Shown: positions 1 through 11,184 of the stretch, one piece after another
How positions within the stretch are numbered: the stretch's first letter is position 1
Layout: each line of letters begins with the position of its first letter
NCBI GenBank assembly: GCA_963707985.1
Contig: CAVPRW010000019.1
Location: 1-63,416 of the forward strand
Length of the DNA: 63,416 nt
Reading direction: 5' to 3'
Source of the DNA: an uncultured Nitrospinota bacterium
GTDB taxonomy: Bacteria > Tectomicrobia > Entotheonellia > J063 > CAVPRW01
The notes under the pieces: generated by a model
The model's database searches: none
What the model saw: only the letters and a program-made list of their open reading frames with translations
What the model was told of the DNA's origin: nothing
Program-made: the position numbers and the translations under genes

Positions 1-1
1 G

Positions 2-76
2 GTCGGGTCAGGAGGCGGTGTCACCAGCGCCTCCTCCCCTAAGAACGGCACGTGCGAGTTTCCCCGCATGCCGCTC
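2..76 (-). ncRNA. Group II intron domains V and VI
   Basis: Minus strand GAGCGGCATGCGGGGAAACTCGCACGTGCCGTTC (34-nt DV with AGC triad and GAAA loop, 43-76), then DVI hairpin GGAGGCG..CGCCTCC and CCCGAC end. Confidence 0.9.
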
Positions 77-1704
77 AAGCCGATTGACCGGCGGTGACGC
101 CTTGTCGGTGTCGTTGGCGATGACAGGTGGCGTGAAGCCATTGGAGATGCTGTCTGTCGTCACTTCCCCCGGCCTTTACCGGCATGAGGTGATGGACATG
201 GACCTCCTGGCCATCGAACAGGGCTTGTCCACCCCCCGGACATGGCCAACGCTGGGCTTCGGCGATCCCCTAGAGTCGGCTGCCTTTGGCCACGCGTTGA
301 CGACCCCTCTTGAGGCGCCTGGTCTCCCAGTACGCGTTCAGGGTAGGATCGTCCGGGCTCGCGCGGCCTTTGACCTTCACGTGGCGGACGATGGGGATGG
401 TCGGCATCCGTTCGAGCCGAAGACGCAGGGCCTGGCCACGTCTATCCCGACGTTCCGTAGAGAACGTCGCCCCGTACTTCCCGACTTCGAAGTATCGGCG
501 GTACAGCCATCGCTTCGGTTGCTTGGGGTGCCGGCGTTTCACCCAGCGCCACAGCGCTCTCCAGATGTGGTAGTCCACGTGCTGGAAGATGTGTTTACGC
601 ACCACGTGGCGGAACCACATGGCCCAGCCTCGAATGAGCGGTAGGGGATGGTGCATCACCACTGCGGCGGTGACGGTCGCATGGGTTTTCACCCAGGCCC
701 GCATTCCTCGCCGGAGTGCTTGTACCTTCTGTTTCTGGGGCGTGATCAGGAGTTTCTGCCCTCGCATCTGCACATGGAACCCGAGAACATCACAACCCTC
801 GGTCCGCTGCACCATACGGGTCTTCTCCGGATGGAGCGCCAGCCCCCGTTCCTGCAAAAAGGCGGTGACCACGGGGCGTGCCGTCAACTGCGGGCAGGCT
901 TGTGGCCATCCCGACGAGGTCATCCGCAGACCGGGTCCCCCCCGGTATCCTTTCCCCAGCCGGTGGGCCAGGCCATCAAGGGCGATATTCGCCAACCAGG
1001 GGCTGACCACCCCGCCCTGAGGGGTGCCTTCCGTCGTCTGGGCAGCGTGCCGCATGCCCAATATCCGGCTGGCAGCCATTGCTTGACCAACTCCCGTCCG
1101 GCATCGAGCCCATGCGCTGCAGGATGCAGCCTTGGCTGATATGGTCAAGGGCTCCTTGGATAGCGGTATCCAGGATGTCCTGGTGGTGGCCGACGGCACC
1201 GTTGTTGAGCGCCACGGAGACCTCCTCGATGGCATCCTGGCAGCCGCGTCCGGGGCGAAAGCCGTCGCTGTGCGCTTCGAACTCGGCTTCAAACCGAGGT
1301 TCCAGGGCGTTTTTGCCCACCATGTGCAGCACCCGGTCACGCAGCGTCGGGATGCCGAGCGGCCGTTGCTGCCCATTGGCCTTCGGGATGTAGACACGCC
1401 GCACCGGGGCGGCTTTCCAGGGTTGGTACTGCCGGAGGTCATCGACCAACTTGGCCCGCGCCTCGGGTGTGGTCACCAGTTCCCCGTCGATCCCTGGTGT
1501 TTGCCGTCCACGGTTGACCTGAGTGATGCGCCGGACTGACACCAACCTATGGGCGTCACTGCGTAGGAGCCGTGTGGTCAGGTGACGTACCTGCTTCCAG
1601 CGCTGCTCCTTGGCCGCTCGGAAGCTCCGAAAGCGCAGGTTTTGGACGCGCCGTTCCACGGTGGGCCAGTCGATTGGGGACCACTCTCGTGGGTGGAGAG
1701 CCAC
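75..1704 (-). pseudogene. ltrA: Group II intron reverse transcriptase/maturase with HNH domain, frameshifted
   Basis: IDWPTVERRV N-terminus, TPGIDG, RPLGIPT, GTPQGGVVSPWLANIAL; YADD eroded to SADD (ACC CGG TCT GCG GAT GAC); C-terminal HVHH..HATCH; split over several frames. Confidence 0.9.
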
Positions 1705-2304
1705 GGTCTTTCGGTGCCTGGGGCCGCCCTACCGTACGGACCGTGTCTGCCATGGCCTTTCCTCCGTCTCTTCCGACTCGACCGGTGAGACGTCAGCACC
1801 CTTTCAGGGTGGGTCGCTCCACCTGCCCCGCTGGCCCTAGCCCTCCGATGACCGGATGGCCTTCGCTTCCTCTCACCTCCTTTACCCCCTGGGCATTGGC
1901 TGGCTTTACAGCCAGTTGCGTCAGTGGCCTGACGACCCATGGGGCTTACCGTGTTCCGCCAGTCGGACATGCCGACGCCGTCGGGTCCCCCGCGGCTCTG
2001 GTGGAGGTCTGTCCTGTCGAGGGGCCGACTCCAGAGCGGTCCCTCCTCTCCACGTACCCTTTTGGTCAGAGCCTATCAGCCGCGTTGGCTCCTTTGACTT
2101 CACGAGGTTTGCAGGGGTTCACCGTGTTCCCCATCGCGTCTTTCCTCTCGCCCGCTCTCTAGGTGCGGCTCCCCGACGGCAGTGCTGTTCGGCGTGCTCA
2201 ACACCTCTTCGTGACCAGAGACGCATGACGCCGATGAGGAGAGGCGGATAGGAGCGCCTCGGTCATCATGACCATTCCTGACTGACGACTTTCACGTCGC
2301 CCCT

Positions 2305-2335
2305 GGAGGCAGTCAGCTGCAGCGCTTGGTTCGGC
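2305..2335 (-). other. Partial attC site (inverse-core half)
   Basis: Minus strand GCCGAACCAAGCGCTGCAGCTGAC resembles attC starts; no core partner visible. Confidence 0.45.
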
Positions 2336-2520
2336 CAGGACTCGACAACCGACCTTCGGAGGAGAGAGCCTGCGAGCCCGCCCCTGCTTTCCCTCGGCCC
2401 AACGTGCGCATACGACCTTGCCGATGTCCCGCCAGAGACATCGTTAACGGTGCACCAGACCTGGGCTGTCGACATCGCCGGACTGCCGGAGCGTCAGAAG
2501 GCAAAGAAGCGCCAGTCTGA

Positions 2521-3678
2521 CTCCACTGCCGAGCATCAGTGCCCCGACCGATTCATAGCGACTGGCCGAAGCTGAATGCGTGCTGTGTCATCGTGTGCAC
2601 ATCCCTAAAGTACTGCTGGAACCTGATACTCGTTGCGGATCGCCGACGTGCCGGCCACGGCATGGACGAGGTCGACCGCCCTCGCCGCGGCAAGGTTGGC
2701 GTGAGTGGTGGCGAGCTGCATCTGCAACTTCCGCTCCAGGGTGATCTCGGCGCCCTGGACGGCCGCATCCCAGTTCTCCTGGAAGGTTGTCATACAGGTA
2801 GGCTCTGCCCGCGCCGAGGGTGGCTTCGGCTTCGGCCACTTGTCTTTGCACCACCTGACGTGCTCTCAGGGTTGCGCCCGTGTAGCTCGGCGTTTTCGCA
2901 CGTGCCAGCTCCAGCAGGTCGTCAATCGCGGCCCGGGCGACTCCCAAGGCAGGGGGAGCCAGGAGCGCGATCGGAGGCCAGATGGTCAGGCGATACAGCG
3001 GACCCTGGTAGGCCTGACCGGGCTGCTCCAGGGGCACCATCGGCGCCGTGTACCGCTCCGGGACGAACATGTCTGACACCGCGACGTCATGGCTGCCCGT
3101 GCCGCGCATACCCAACGTATGCCACGTATCCAGGATGCTGACCTGTGTCAGCTGGCAGGAACGCCCACATCTGCATGGGGACCCCCTGGGCGTTGAGACG
3201 TGGCTGGTCCCCGTCCATGAGGCGTGGATGGAACAGGAACCAGCGACAGTCATGGGCACCGCTGACAAAGGGCCACTGCCCGGTCAGACGGTAGCCGCCG
3301 TCCACTGGGATCGCCCGACCACCAGTGGGAGTGAACGATCCTGCCGAAGATGACCTCAGGATGACCATCCAGGATCTCCGCCGCTCCCTCATCCGGCAGC
3401 CAGGCCAGGCACGAGTCCACCGCGAGCGAGAGCTGCAAGGTCCAACCGGCGGCGCTATCGTGGCGCGCCACCTCTTCCACCACCCGGAACATCGTGACAG
3501 GGTCCAGCTCAAGACCGCCGAACGCCTTGGGGCGTGCCATGCTATAGAGACCGGCCTTCAGCATCGCGTCAACGACGGGACGAGAGAGCCGCCGCGCTGT
3601 TTCAGCCTCCTCGGTATATCTACGGAGAGTCGGGGCCATGTCCTTTACCTTGTCTAACAGCACGTCCACGGTTGCCAT
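2521..3678 (-). CDS. Acyl-CoA dehydrogenase-family flavin-dependent hydroxylase (HsaA-like), frameshifted
   Basis: RRLSRPVVDAM..GLYSM..PKAFGGLE, GQWPFVSGAHDC, LGMRGTGSHDV, FQQYFRDVHT across frames; 3' end approximate. Confidence 0.8.
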
Positions 3679-3774
3679 AGGTCGACTCCTTTCCTTGCGC
3701 GAATGGGCTCGTTCACGGTGACTCAAGGACATCCCACCTGATTCCCGACCATGTCATCACGTAGGGTTGCTGAG

Positions 3775-3864
3775 GCCGAACACGCCAGCGGTGAGCCGCG
3801 CCCAATGGCCGGAGCGAGGAACGAGCGGAGGCTATTGGGCGTCGGCTCCACTGCTTCGTTATGC
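3775..3864 (-). other. attC site
   Basis: Minus strand GCATAAC...GTTCGGC imperfect palindrome just downstream of ORF ending 3890. Confidence 0.8.
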
Positions 3865-3889
3865 AGCCGACTTTGCCCTGTCGTACAGC

Positions 3890-4354
3890 CTACTTCGTCT
3901 GAAGGTATGCCGGTCCCCATCTGTTTCCTTCTGGAAGGCGGTCAAGCGGCGTACTGCCCTTGAAAGCCGGAAGCTGTTTCACGCTGGTAACTACATAAAG
4001 CTCGTACGTCTTCTTAGCCGGAACCTCCGTTGGCGTACCCGGCCAGAGTTGCATGTCCCTACTGTTTCCGTCGACAATAATCAGTCGGCTCTCCTGGTTG
4101 TAAAAGAACGCCCCATCTTTGAGGTATACGGCGGCATTTCCCTGAGACGAGAGCTCAACGTGAACTGCCAGGCCGCGTTCAAGACCCACGCACGGCTTCT
4201 GAAAGCTACAACGTGCTGTGGTCACATCTGCTGACCATCCCCGGACAGACACGCTCTTCACATTTGGTCCAAGACTATCCTTCGATTGGCTGCCCGCAAC
4301 GGATGCGAGGGCCAAGGCACCAATCATCAGCGAGAATGCATTGACTACGCGAAC
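3890..4354 (-). CDS. Hypothetical secreted protein (cassette-borne)
   Basis: ORF with signal-like N-terminus (FSLMIGALALASVAG) after GGAGG RBS; start approximate. Confidence 0.55.
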   Translation of the reverse strand, partial: VRVVNAFSLMIGALALASVAGSQSKDSLGPNVKSVSVRGWSADVTTARCSFQKPCVGLERGLAVHVELSSQGNAAVYLKDGAFFYNQESRLIIVDGNSRDMQLWPGTPTEVPAKKTYELYVVTSVKQLPAFKGSTPLDRLPEGNRWGPAYLQTK

Positions 4355-4377
4355 ATTCAACACCTCCCAGCGTGTAG

Positions 4378-5167
4378 TTACCGGCGAGGGATTACGGATG
4401 CGTCGAGTCCGAGTATAGCGAGGTTTGGCTCGATGCCGGCCCATTCTGCGTTGGCTTGGTGAGCAACTGAACCGTTGCTGAGCGTTACGATGTACTGAAT
4501 GTCGTACAGCTCCCTGTGCTCGCCCTCGAGCCAGAATCTGACTCCAGACACGTAGTCGCCCGAAGATTCCGCATTCGGCACACCCGCATAGACTTGGTTG
4601 GCCCCTGTTTTTGAGCCCGATTGCGTGTTGACCTGGTAATGAAGACTGAGTCCTTCAGGTCTCGGTTGTCCGAGTCCAATGGCGGCACCAATCATGGCGG
4701 ATTCCTGGCCTGTTGTCCATGTTCCAGTAAAAGGATCATCTCCGCGCTTTGAACGGACATACCCGGTACAGGCACGAGGTTGCGACGGTCGAGTCGCCGC
4801 AATGAGGCGTCCCCAAGGTGCTGCAAGCCCTGGTCTAATGTTAGGTCTCGTGGCGGAATAGGCCCCCATTGAGACGTTGAACTTATAGAACCGCTCTCTT
4901 GCTCCCGAGAAGTCAGGCGTTGCCGTAGTTCTGGCATAATAATTGTTAAGACGAATCCAACGAACCCAAAGATCATGGCTACGAGTGCAAGAGTATATAG
5001 CCGTTCAATGATAAGTTTGATTATATCAGCTGACAGCTGACGAGTAAGGGCAGGAAACAGCCTCTACTTGAGGATTTGGCGAATAATCAGGAAGAATGCG
5101 GCCGCAACAAAGCCCGCCAGTATTAGCGGCGTCGAAATATTCGTGGCGATTTCAAATACCCTGTTCA
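4378..5167 (-). pseudogene. Membrane-anchored protein with ChW (hydrophobic W)-like C-terminus; internal stop and frameshift
   Basis: [22 protein letters not shown] then TM segment; C-terminal LHYQVN..YDIQYIV..NAEWAG resembles ChW repeats. Confidence 0.45.
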
Positions 5168-5209
5168 TTGCATGTCATCACCTCTCATTTTGGTGCCGCC
5201 GGGTAGCCA

Positions 5210-5731
5210 GGTGGGCTCGCGTCCATAGCGGTCCGTGACCCGCACCGGCCCCAGCCGACCGGCCGTGAAGTCATCGGCCAGATGCACGCGCCAGTCGTCC
5301 CCGGTGCCGCCGGGCTGCCGGAGGGTGCTGGCCTCCACGAGCAGCACCCGGCCCCGGCGGCAGGCAGGTGATGGGTCGCTGGCCCTCGGGGTGGCGATCA
5401 GCATGCTGAGCCGCCAGAGCCACCAGGGGTTACAGGCGCGCAGCCGTTTGCGCCAGGCGGCCTCGGAGCTATCCGCGAGCCCGATCAGCACGGCCCACGC
5501 CCCAAGACGCCGTGTTGAGAGCGCACTCAGGACAGAGGCCAGGACCGCCCGCAACAGGTCGGTGGGGGTCGCGAGGCCACGCACGCGTTGAAAGGCTTTG
5601 TGCAGGCGGGCCTGGACCGCGAAATCCGCGGGCACGCGTGGCACGACCTCGGTCGTCCACGTCTCTCCCACGAGCGCCAGTGGTGCCTCGACGGGACGGT
5701 TGGGATGATGGGTCAAGACCAGCATAGACAC
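5210..5731 (-). pseudogene. IS4-family transposase N-terminal fragment
   Basis: [50 protein letters not shown]. Confidence 0.75.
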
Positions 5732-5747
5732 CTCCTCACAATGGTCA

Positions 5748-6575
<828 letters not shown>

Positions 6576-6762
6576 CAGCACTCCTGACTGGCCCGCCCTT
6601 GCCGGATACGGGCTTGCATGGCTCCGGGCCATGGTTCGGGCTCTCGGAGGAGTGGACGTGACGACCCGAGCTCCGCTCCGGTCTCGGTGGACCAAGGCTA
6701 AATCGGTCTATCACGTCTGGGTAACAGGTAACGGGGATTCTCTCCCATCTCCTATATAAAGG
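6576..6762 (-). ncRNA. Putative IS110 bridge RNA in 5' noncoding end
   Basis: ~190-nt noncoding end with stems (ACGTGA/TCACGT, GACCGA/TCGGGTC, GGTC/GACC, CACTCCT/AGGAGTG); internal loop strands TTTAGCCT and GGAGCGGAG match the attC target. Confidence 0.65.
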
Positions 6763-6766
6763 TAGA

Positions 6767-6802
6767 AGGCTATTGGCGGTCGCCTGCAGGCCAATGTTAG
6801 GC
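6767..6802 (-). other. Half attC site interrupted by IS110
   Basis: Minus strand GCCTAACATTGGCCTGCAGGCGACCGCCAATAGCCT, similar to arms of attC 20059-20140 and 3775-3864. Confidence 0.75.
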
Positions 6803-6869
6803 GTAAACTCGGCCAGCGAGAGCCAGAAGGCTATTTAGTTCATCGGCAAGAACCGGGGGCGGCTCCCGC

Positions 6870-7569
6870 TACTATTAACCGGGAACTTGTAGCACTTCGG
6901 CGCGCCTTCAATCTGGCTGTGGAGGCCGGTACCATCGCACAAGCACCGAAGTTCACTAGCTTGCCGGAACACAATATTGGGCAAGGTTTTTTTGAACGGT
7001 GGGAGCTTGAACCCGCGAAGGAATTTTTGCCGCCACTTCTTCAAGATTGCGCTCGCTTTGGATATCTCGCCGGATGGCAGAAAGGAGAAATCCGCTCACT
7101 GACATGGGCCGATGTGGATCGGAGTAGCTGTGCTATCCATCTTCGCTTAGAGGCGTCCAAAAATGGCAAGGGCAGGTTGCTCGCAATGGACGATGAATCA
7201 TGGTCCATCACTGAGCGGTGATGGTTGTCCAGACATATCGGAGATCGACTGATCCCCTTTATCTTTCACCGCGACGGGAAGCAGATTGCCAGCTTCAGAA
7301 AGGCATGGGCGGCAGCCTATAAGAAAGCAGGGTTGAGAGGGGAACTCCTTCATGACCTGCGGCGGGCAGCCGTGCGTAACATGAGGCGAGGCGGGGTCGA
7401 GGAACGTATCGCCATGACCATCAGCGGCCATCAAACCCGCAGTGTCTTTGACCGCCACAACATCGTCCCCGAGGATGATGTCCGGGAGGCTATCGGGAAG
7501 GTTACGGCGTATGTCGCGAGTTTACCGAGCACCCCCACTGTCATTCCGCTCCCGCAGCGGTCTCAATGA
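6870..7569 (+). pseudogene. Tyrosine integrase, 5'-truncated with internal stop
   Basis: TINREL, GQGFFE, SKNGKGR, LHDLRRAAVRNM..ISGHQTRSVFDRHNIV (catalytic Y replaced by H). Confidence 0.85.
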
Positions 7570-7664
7570 CAACACGGACATTTCACGGACAAAATGACTG
7601 GAAGGAGACCCCCGGGGGGTTGCGTTCTATCTAGCGTGAATTTGTAAGCTATTGACTTTTCAAG

Positions 7665-7761
7665 TGGCGGAGGCGTATGGGAATCGAACCCACCCACGAA
7701 GTTGTTAGCTCCGAGCACTGGATTTGAAGTCCAGGGGCCACACCAGCAGCCCAACGCCTCC
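7665..7761 (-). tRNA. selC: tRNA-Sec (UCA)
   Basis: 8-bp acceptor stem GGAGGCGT/ACGCCTCC, 6-bp D stem, anticodon loop CTTCAAA, long variable arm, T-loop TTCGATT, GCCA end. Confidence 0.93.
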
Positions 7762-7770
7762 AGTGCCGCT

Positions 7771-7799
7771 ATATTAACCACTTACACGTTGGTCGTCAA
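7771..7799 (-). promoter_or_regulatory. Putative sigma70 promoter for selC inside the integrase 3' end
   Basis: TTGACG-N17-TAATAT ending 9 nt before the tRNA 5' end. Confidence 0.55.
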
Positions 7800-8862
7800 G
7801 GTCAACTTGGTCCATTGTGCCCGAAAATGTGCCCGTCAGCTTTCGGGCAACATCCTGAAGATCCGACGGCGTCACGATATGGTAACGGTCGAAAACAGTA
7901 CGGGTCTTATGCCCCGTTACCTTCATGGCTACCCTTTCAGGCACACCCGCATTGACCATATTCCTCACGGCTGTCCGCCGAAAATCATGCCGCAGCATGC
8001 CAAGGCACCCAGCCTTCACACAAGCAGCCCTCCATGCTCTTTTAAAATCTCGGATACGCTTACCCTTGTGCCGGCCTCGCAGGTGCGGGAAGAGATACGG
8101 TAGAATACTTCCCATCTCCCGCTCTAGGGCCTTCACACGCTCAAGCTGAGCCACTAGGATTGATTTCAACTCAGGAGTCAGATACACCACCCGTCCATCA
8201 GCGTTCTTTGTCGTCCCAGGGTCAAGGCGAATGGTCCCCAGCTCAACGTCAAGCTGACGCCGCTTTAACGTCAAGACTTCGCTTTGCATACGCCAGCCAT
8301 AGGTATGGGCCACAGCCACAGCAACCTGGTAGTCGGACTGGAGATGATGGCGAACCGCTTCATATTTTTCGCGCTCGAAAAACCCCTGCCTCGGGGCACT
8401 TTCCTTCAATTTCCTGATGACCTGGAGCCGAAGGAGTTTATTATTTTCGTGCGCGAGCCGCAGCATTTTACTCAAGGTCGCCAATTCGCGGTTGATGGTC
8501 GCATTTGGTGCCCCTGCTCCCTGCCGATGGATTACATATGCTGTGATTTTGTCTGGCCCAATCGCCACAATGCGCTGACCGGTAAAGAAGGGGTCGAGAT
8601 GCTTCAGCCGATACTCGGCCTCTTCCATATTACGAGAGCCAGTGGTCTGATAATGCTGCCGTACGTCCTGTGCCACCTCCTCATAGCTAATGCGGTCCGC
8701 CCGCCGGAGTATGGGCTGTCCCGTCGCAACTCGACCTTCCCGCTCCCTCAAGAAACGCCGAGCCTCGGTTTCTTTCGTGGTGCCCGTACTCTCCCGCCTC
8801 GGGCGGCCATTCTCATAGTATTTCACCCACCACATCTCCCCACGTCGATAAAGAGAACCCAT
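7774..8862 (-). CDS. Phage-type tyrosine integrase, intact
   Basis: MGSLYRRG..WW arm-binding domain, TINREL, GWR, TKN, HDFRRTAVRN, GHKT..FDRY. Confidence 0.93.
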   Translation of the reverse strand: MGSLYRRGEMWWVKYYENGRPRRESTGTTKETEARRFLREREGRVATGQPILRRADRISYEEVAQDVRQHYQTTGSRNMEEAEYRLKHLDPFFTGQRIVAIGPDKITAYVIHRQGAGAPNATINRELATLSKMLRLAHENNKLLRLQVIRKLKESAPRQGFFEREKYEAVRHHLQSDYQVAVAVAHTYGWRMQSEVLTLKRRQLDVELGTIRLDPGTTKNADGRVVYLTPELKSILVAQLERVKALEREMGSILPYLFPHLRGRHKGKRIRDFKRAWRAACVKAGCLGMLRHDFRRTAVRNMVNAGVPERVAMKVTGHKTRTVFDRYHIVTPSDLQDVARKLTGTFSGTMDQVDLDDQRVSG

Positions 8863-9076
8863 GCCACGCGCTCCTTATGACCGGAGGCGCTAGTCAGGCT
8901 TTAAACCTCTTCCCAGCCGCCATCTTACCGGAATCGCCTGTTATGCGTCAATCCTTCCCCCTTGTCCTGACAGGGGCACGGTGTTAGGGATAGCCTCCGT
9001 TACGCTGTAATGCCTGCGCCGTGGGCCGTTCGTCAAGGGTAGGGGAGTCGACTATGAGAGAAAATTCCCCTATGGC

Positions 9077-9352
9077 CTAGTCCTTCCAGCTCTCGATTAA
9101 GCGATCCAGCTTGGCTTTGTCGAAAAGCAACTTCCGCAGCTCCCCGCCGTCGGGCAAGGGCACCCGGACGCGTGGCAACACTCCTTTCGCTTCCAGGCCC
9201 CGGATCGTCCACGGCGACAAGCCGAGATACTTAGCGACATCGTCCAAGTTGAGGAGCCGATGGGTGATGACCTCATCCGATCTTTCCGCTCGCCCCGTCA
9301 CGCCGTGCCTGCGGGCTTGGCGGTTCTCATCGCTGGTCGTCTGTATTTCCAT
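9077..9352 (-). CDS. Excisionase-like HTH protein
   Basis: RLLNLDDVAKYLGLSPWTIR..LFDKAKLDRLIE upstream of integrase. Confidence 0.8.
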   Translation of the reverse strand: MEIQTTSDENRQARRHGVTGRAERSDEVITHRLLNLDDVAKYLGLSPWTIRGLEAKGVLPRVRVPLPDGGELRKLLFDKAKLDRLIESWKD

Positions 9353-9903
9353 GCCACGTTTCGACCTCATCAGCGTTCCCAAGCTGTTGATGCCCCCCAG
9401 CATATGATGTACATCTATTAATTGTGATCTGCAGACCACTAAACCCAGTGAGTGTGCCGGCAAGCCGCTTCGCCATTGTCTGGCGGTGCATGGCAGCCCG
9501 ATAGGCTTGTCCTCGGTGCCTCGAGCAATGATTTCAACTATGGAAGCCACCAATCGGCCTGCTCGTGCGCCGGCCACTCATCGATATGCCGGCGCAACCC
9601 CGACGATGGCGCCGTTTCTCACGCTTAGCTCGGCAAGGGAGTGGGGACCCGTGCTCATTTCCGCATCGATGGCATGCCCGAAACCTCGGATCGTCTCGCG
9701 TGAAGCCATTTGGTGGCCCTATGGCATCGGCCGTTACCTGTGTCGCGTGTGATAGGGTAAATATGATCAATAAAAATTATAAAACATATAAATATTGAGT
9801 AATATAAAAGTCTTCAATCCGGTCGCGATTCGAATTACCGTTAGGTCCAACCGCGGTGTACTGCCCAACCACCTCGCCATCATCATTGAAGGGGAGACCG
9901 AAG

Positions 9904-10674
9904 ATGGCGCGCCACACGAAGCTACGGGTCATGAACCCCGAATTTCTTCGCTATGCAAACTTCGAGCAGGAATTCACGGTCCCGCCGCCCGCGCATTATG
10001 GAGTCGCCTGGAGGCTGGTCGTCAATTACTTCCCTGGCATTAGCTGGCGCTGTCATTATGCGCCCGACAGCGTCTGGCACGAACTCGAAGCACATCAATC
10101 GGCATTTCGGGCCGTGCTGGATGGCCTGATCGCCCAGGACCTCTCTCCCGCCCAGGAGGGGACGATTCGGCTGCATGTCGGTCATTTCGGCCCCCATCCA
10201 CGGTGGGACCGCTCTCCCGCCCACAGCTCCTTCGATCCCGAGCAGGGGGTCGATGTCGAGGTGTACGGCGAAGTGTTCGAGCCGCAAGACGTTTTAGACC
10301 CACTCTATTATCAACTCCATCTGTACTTGCGCAACCGAGACGTACAGGACCTTAAGCGGTGTCGATCCTGTGGCCGCTACTTTCTTGCCCTGACTGCGTG
10401 TGAGCCGTTGTACTGCGACTCCTGCCGGAGGGCGGAGGCCAATCGGAAGGCCGTCCAGAAGTGGCGGGCGGGAGAAACGGAGCAAGACCTGGAGGAAGTC
10501 CGGGCGGCCGTGCAGCAGGTTCGCGATTGTGGCGCTGACGAATTGATCTTCGAGGAGCTGTGGGTGCAGTACCAAGAGCCCCAGGAGCCCGGGAACAAGG
10601 CCAAACGACTCATTGGCCCCCGGCGCTTCCGTCGGCTCTTGAGAGAGCTGCTTGGGGCCGAGCTCATGTGCTGA
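9904..10674 (+). CDS. Hypothetical protein with CGNR-like zinc finger
   Basis: LKRCRSCGRYF..YCDSC..NRKAVQKWR. Confidence 0.6.
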   Translation: MARHTKLRVMNPEFLRYANFEQEFTVPPPAHYGVAWRLVVNYFPGISWRCHYAPDSVWHELEAHQSAFRAVLDGLIAQDLSPAQEGTIRLHVGHFGPHPRWDRSPAHSSFDPEQGVDVEVYGEVFEPQDVLDPLYYQLHLYLRNRDVQDLKRCRSCGRYFLALTACEPLYCDSCRRAEANRKAVQKWRAGETEQDLEEVRAAVQQVRDCGADELIFEELWVQYQEPQEPGNKAKRLIGPRRFRRLLRELLGAELMC

Positions 10675-11184
10675 GCCAGAGGGCCGTGGCGCGGAACTCC
10701 ACCTGTCATCTGGCAGGCGCTCCAGGTGAGAACATCGTGGACGATGATCGGGAAGCCCGAGCCCCGCTTTCAGACTATGGCGGTCGCGACATGACGGAGC
10801 CGGCAGACCAGGAGTGATTCCGCCCGCAGTGCGACCCGGTGGTTCGACTCCAGCGTCGCCATCACGTCACGGTCCACCTCGCGCATGCTGTAATCCAAGT
10901 CTCCGGCGATATACCTCGCTGAGGCCGGACCACGGCGCGCCCAGGGCGTGCGGCGTCGGTGTCTTCCTCGGACGCTCAGTCTTGACCGATCGCGCGCACG
11001 CCCCCCTTGATTCCATACCACTCCCATCAGCCGAGGATCGCTGGCGGTGCCGCGGTGCACGGTGTGTGTCACCGGCGCCAACGTTGACGTTCTGAGGCGG
11101 TTCCACGGGGTGCTGGTGCACCACAGCAGCGTGACGCCCCTGAAACGGGCCACGTCCCTGGGCGCCATGGCCCTCCCATTGGGA

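Larger units (their letters stand above)
2..2226 (-). mobile_element. Group II intron (chloroplast-like/IIB-type IEP), decayed
   Basis: RT/maturase/HNH ORF remnants; domain V/VI and AC 3' end at 2-80; putative 5' end ATGCG (variant of GTGYG) at 2226, uncertain. Confidence 0.85.

Noticed and set aside
2..2335. Group IIC-attC intron inserted in the half attC
   Set aside because: The IEP has a CL-type N-terminus and HNH domain, and the putative 5' end is ~80 bp from the attC remnant
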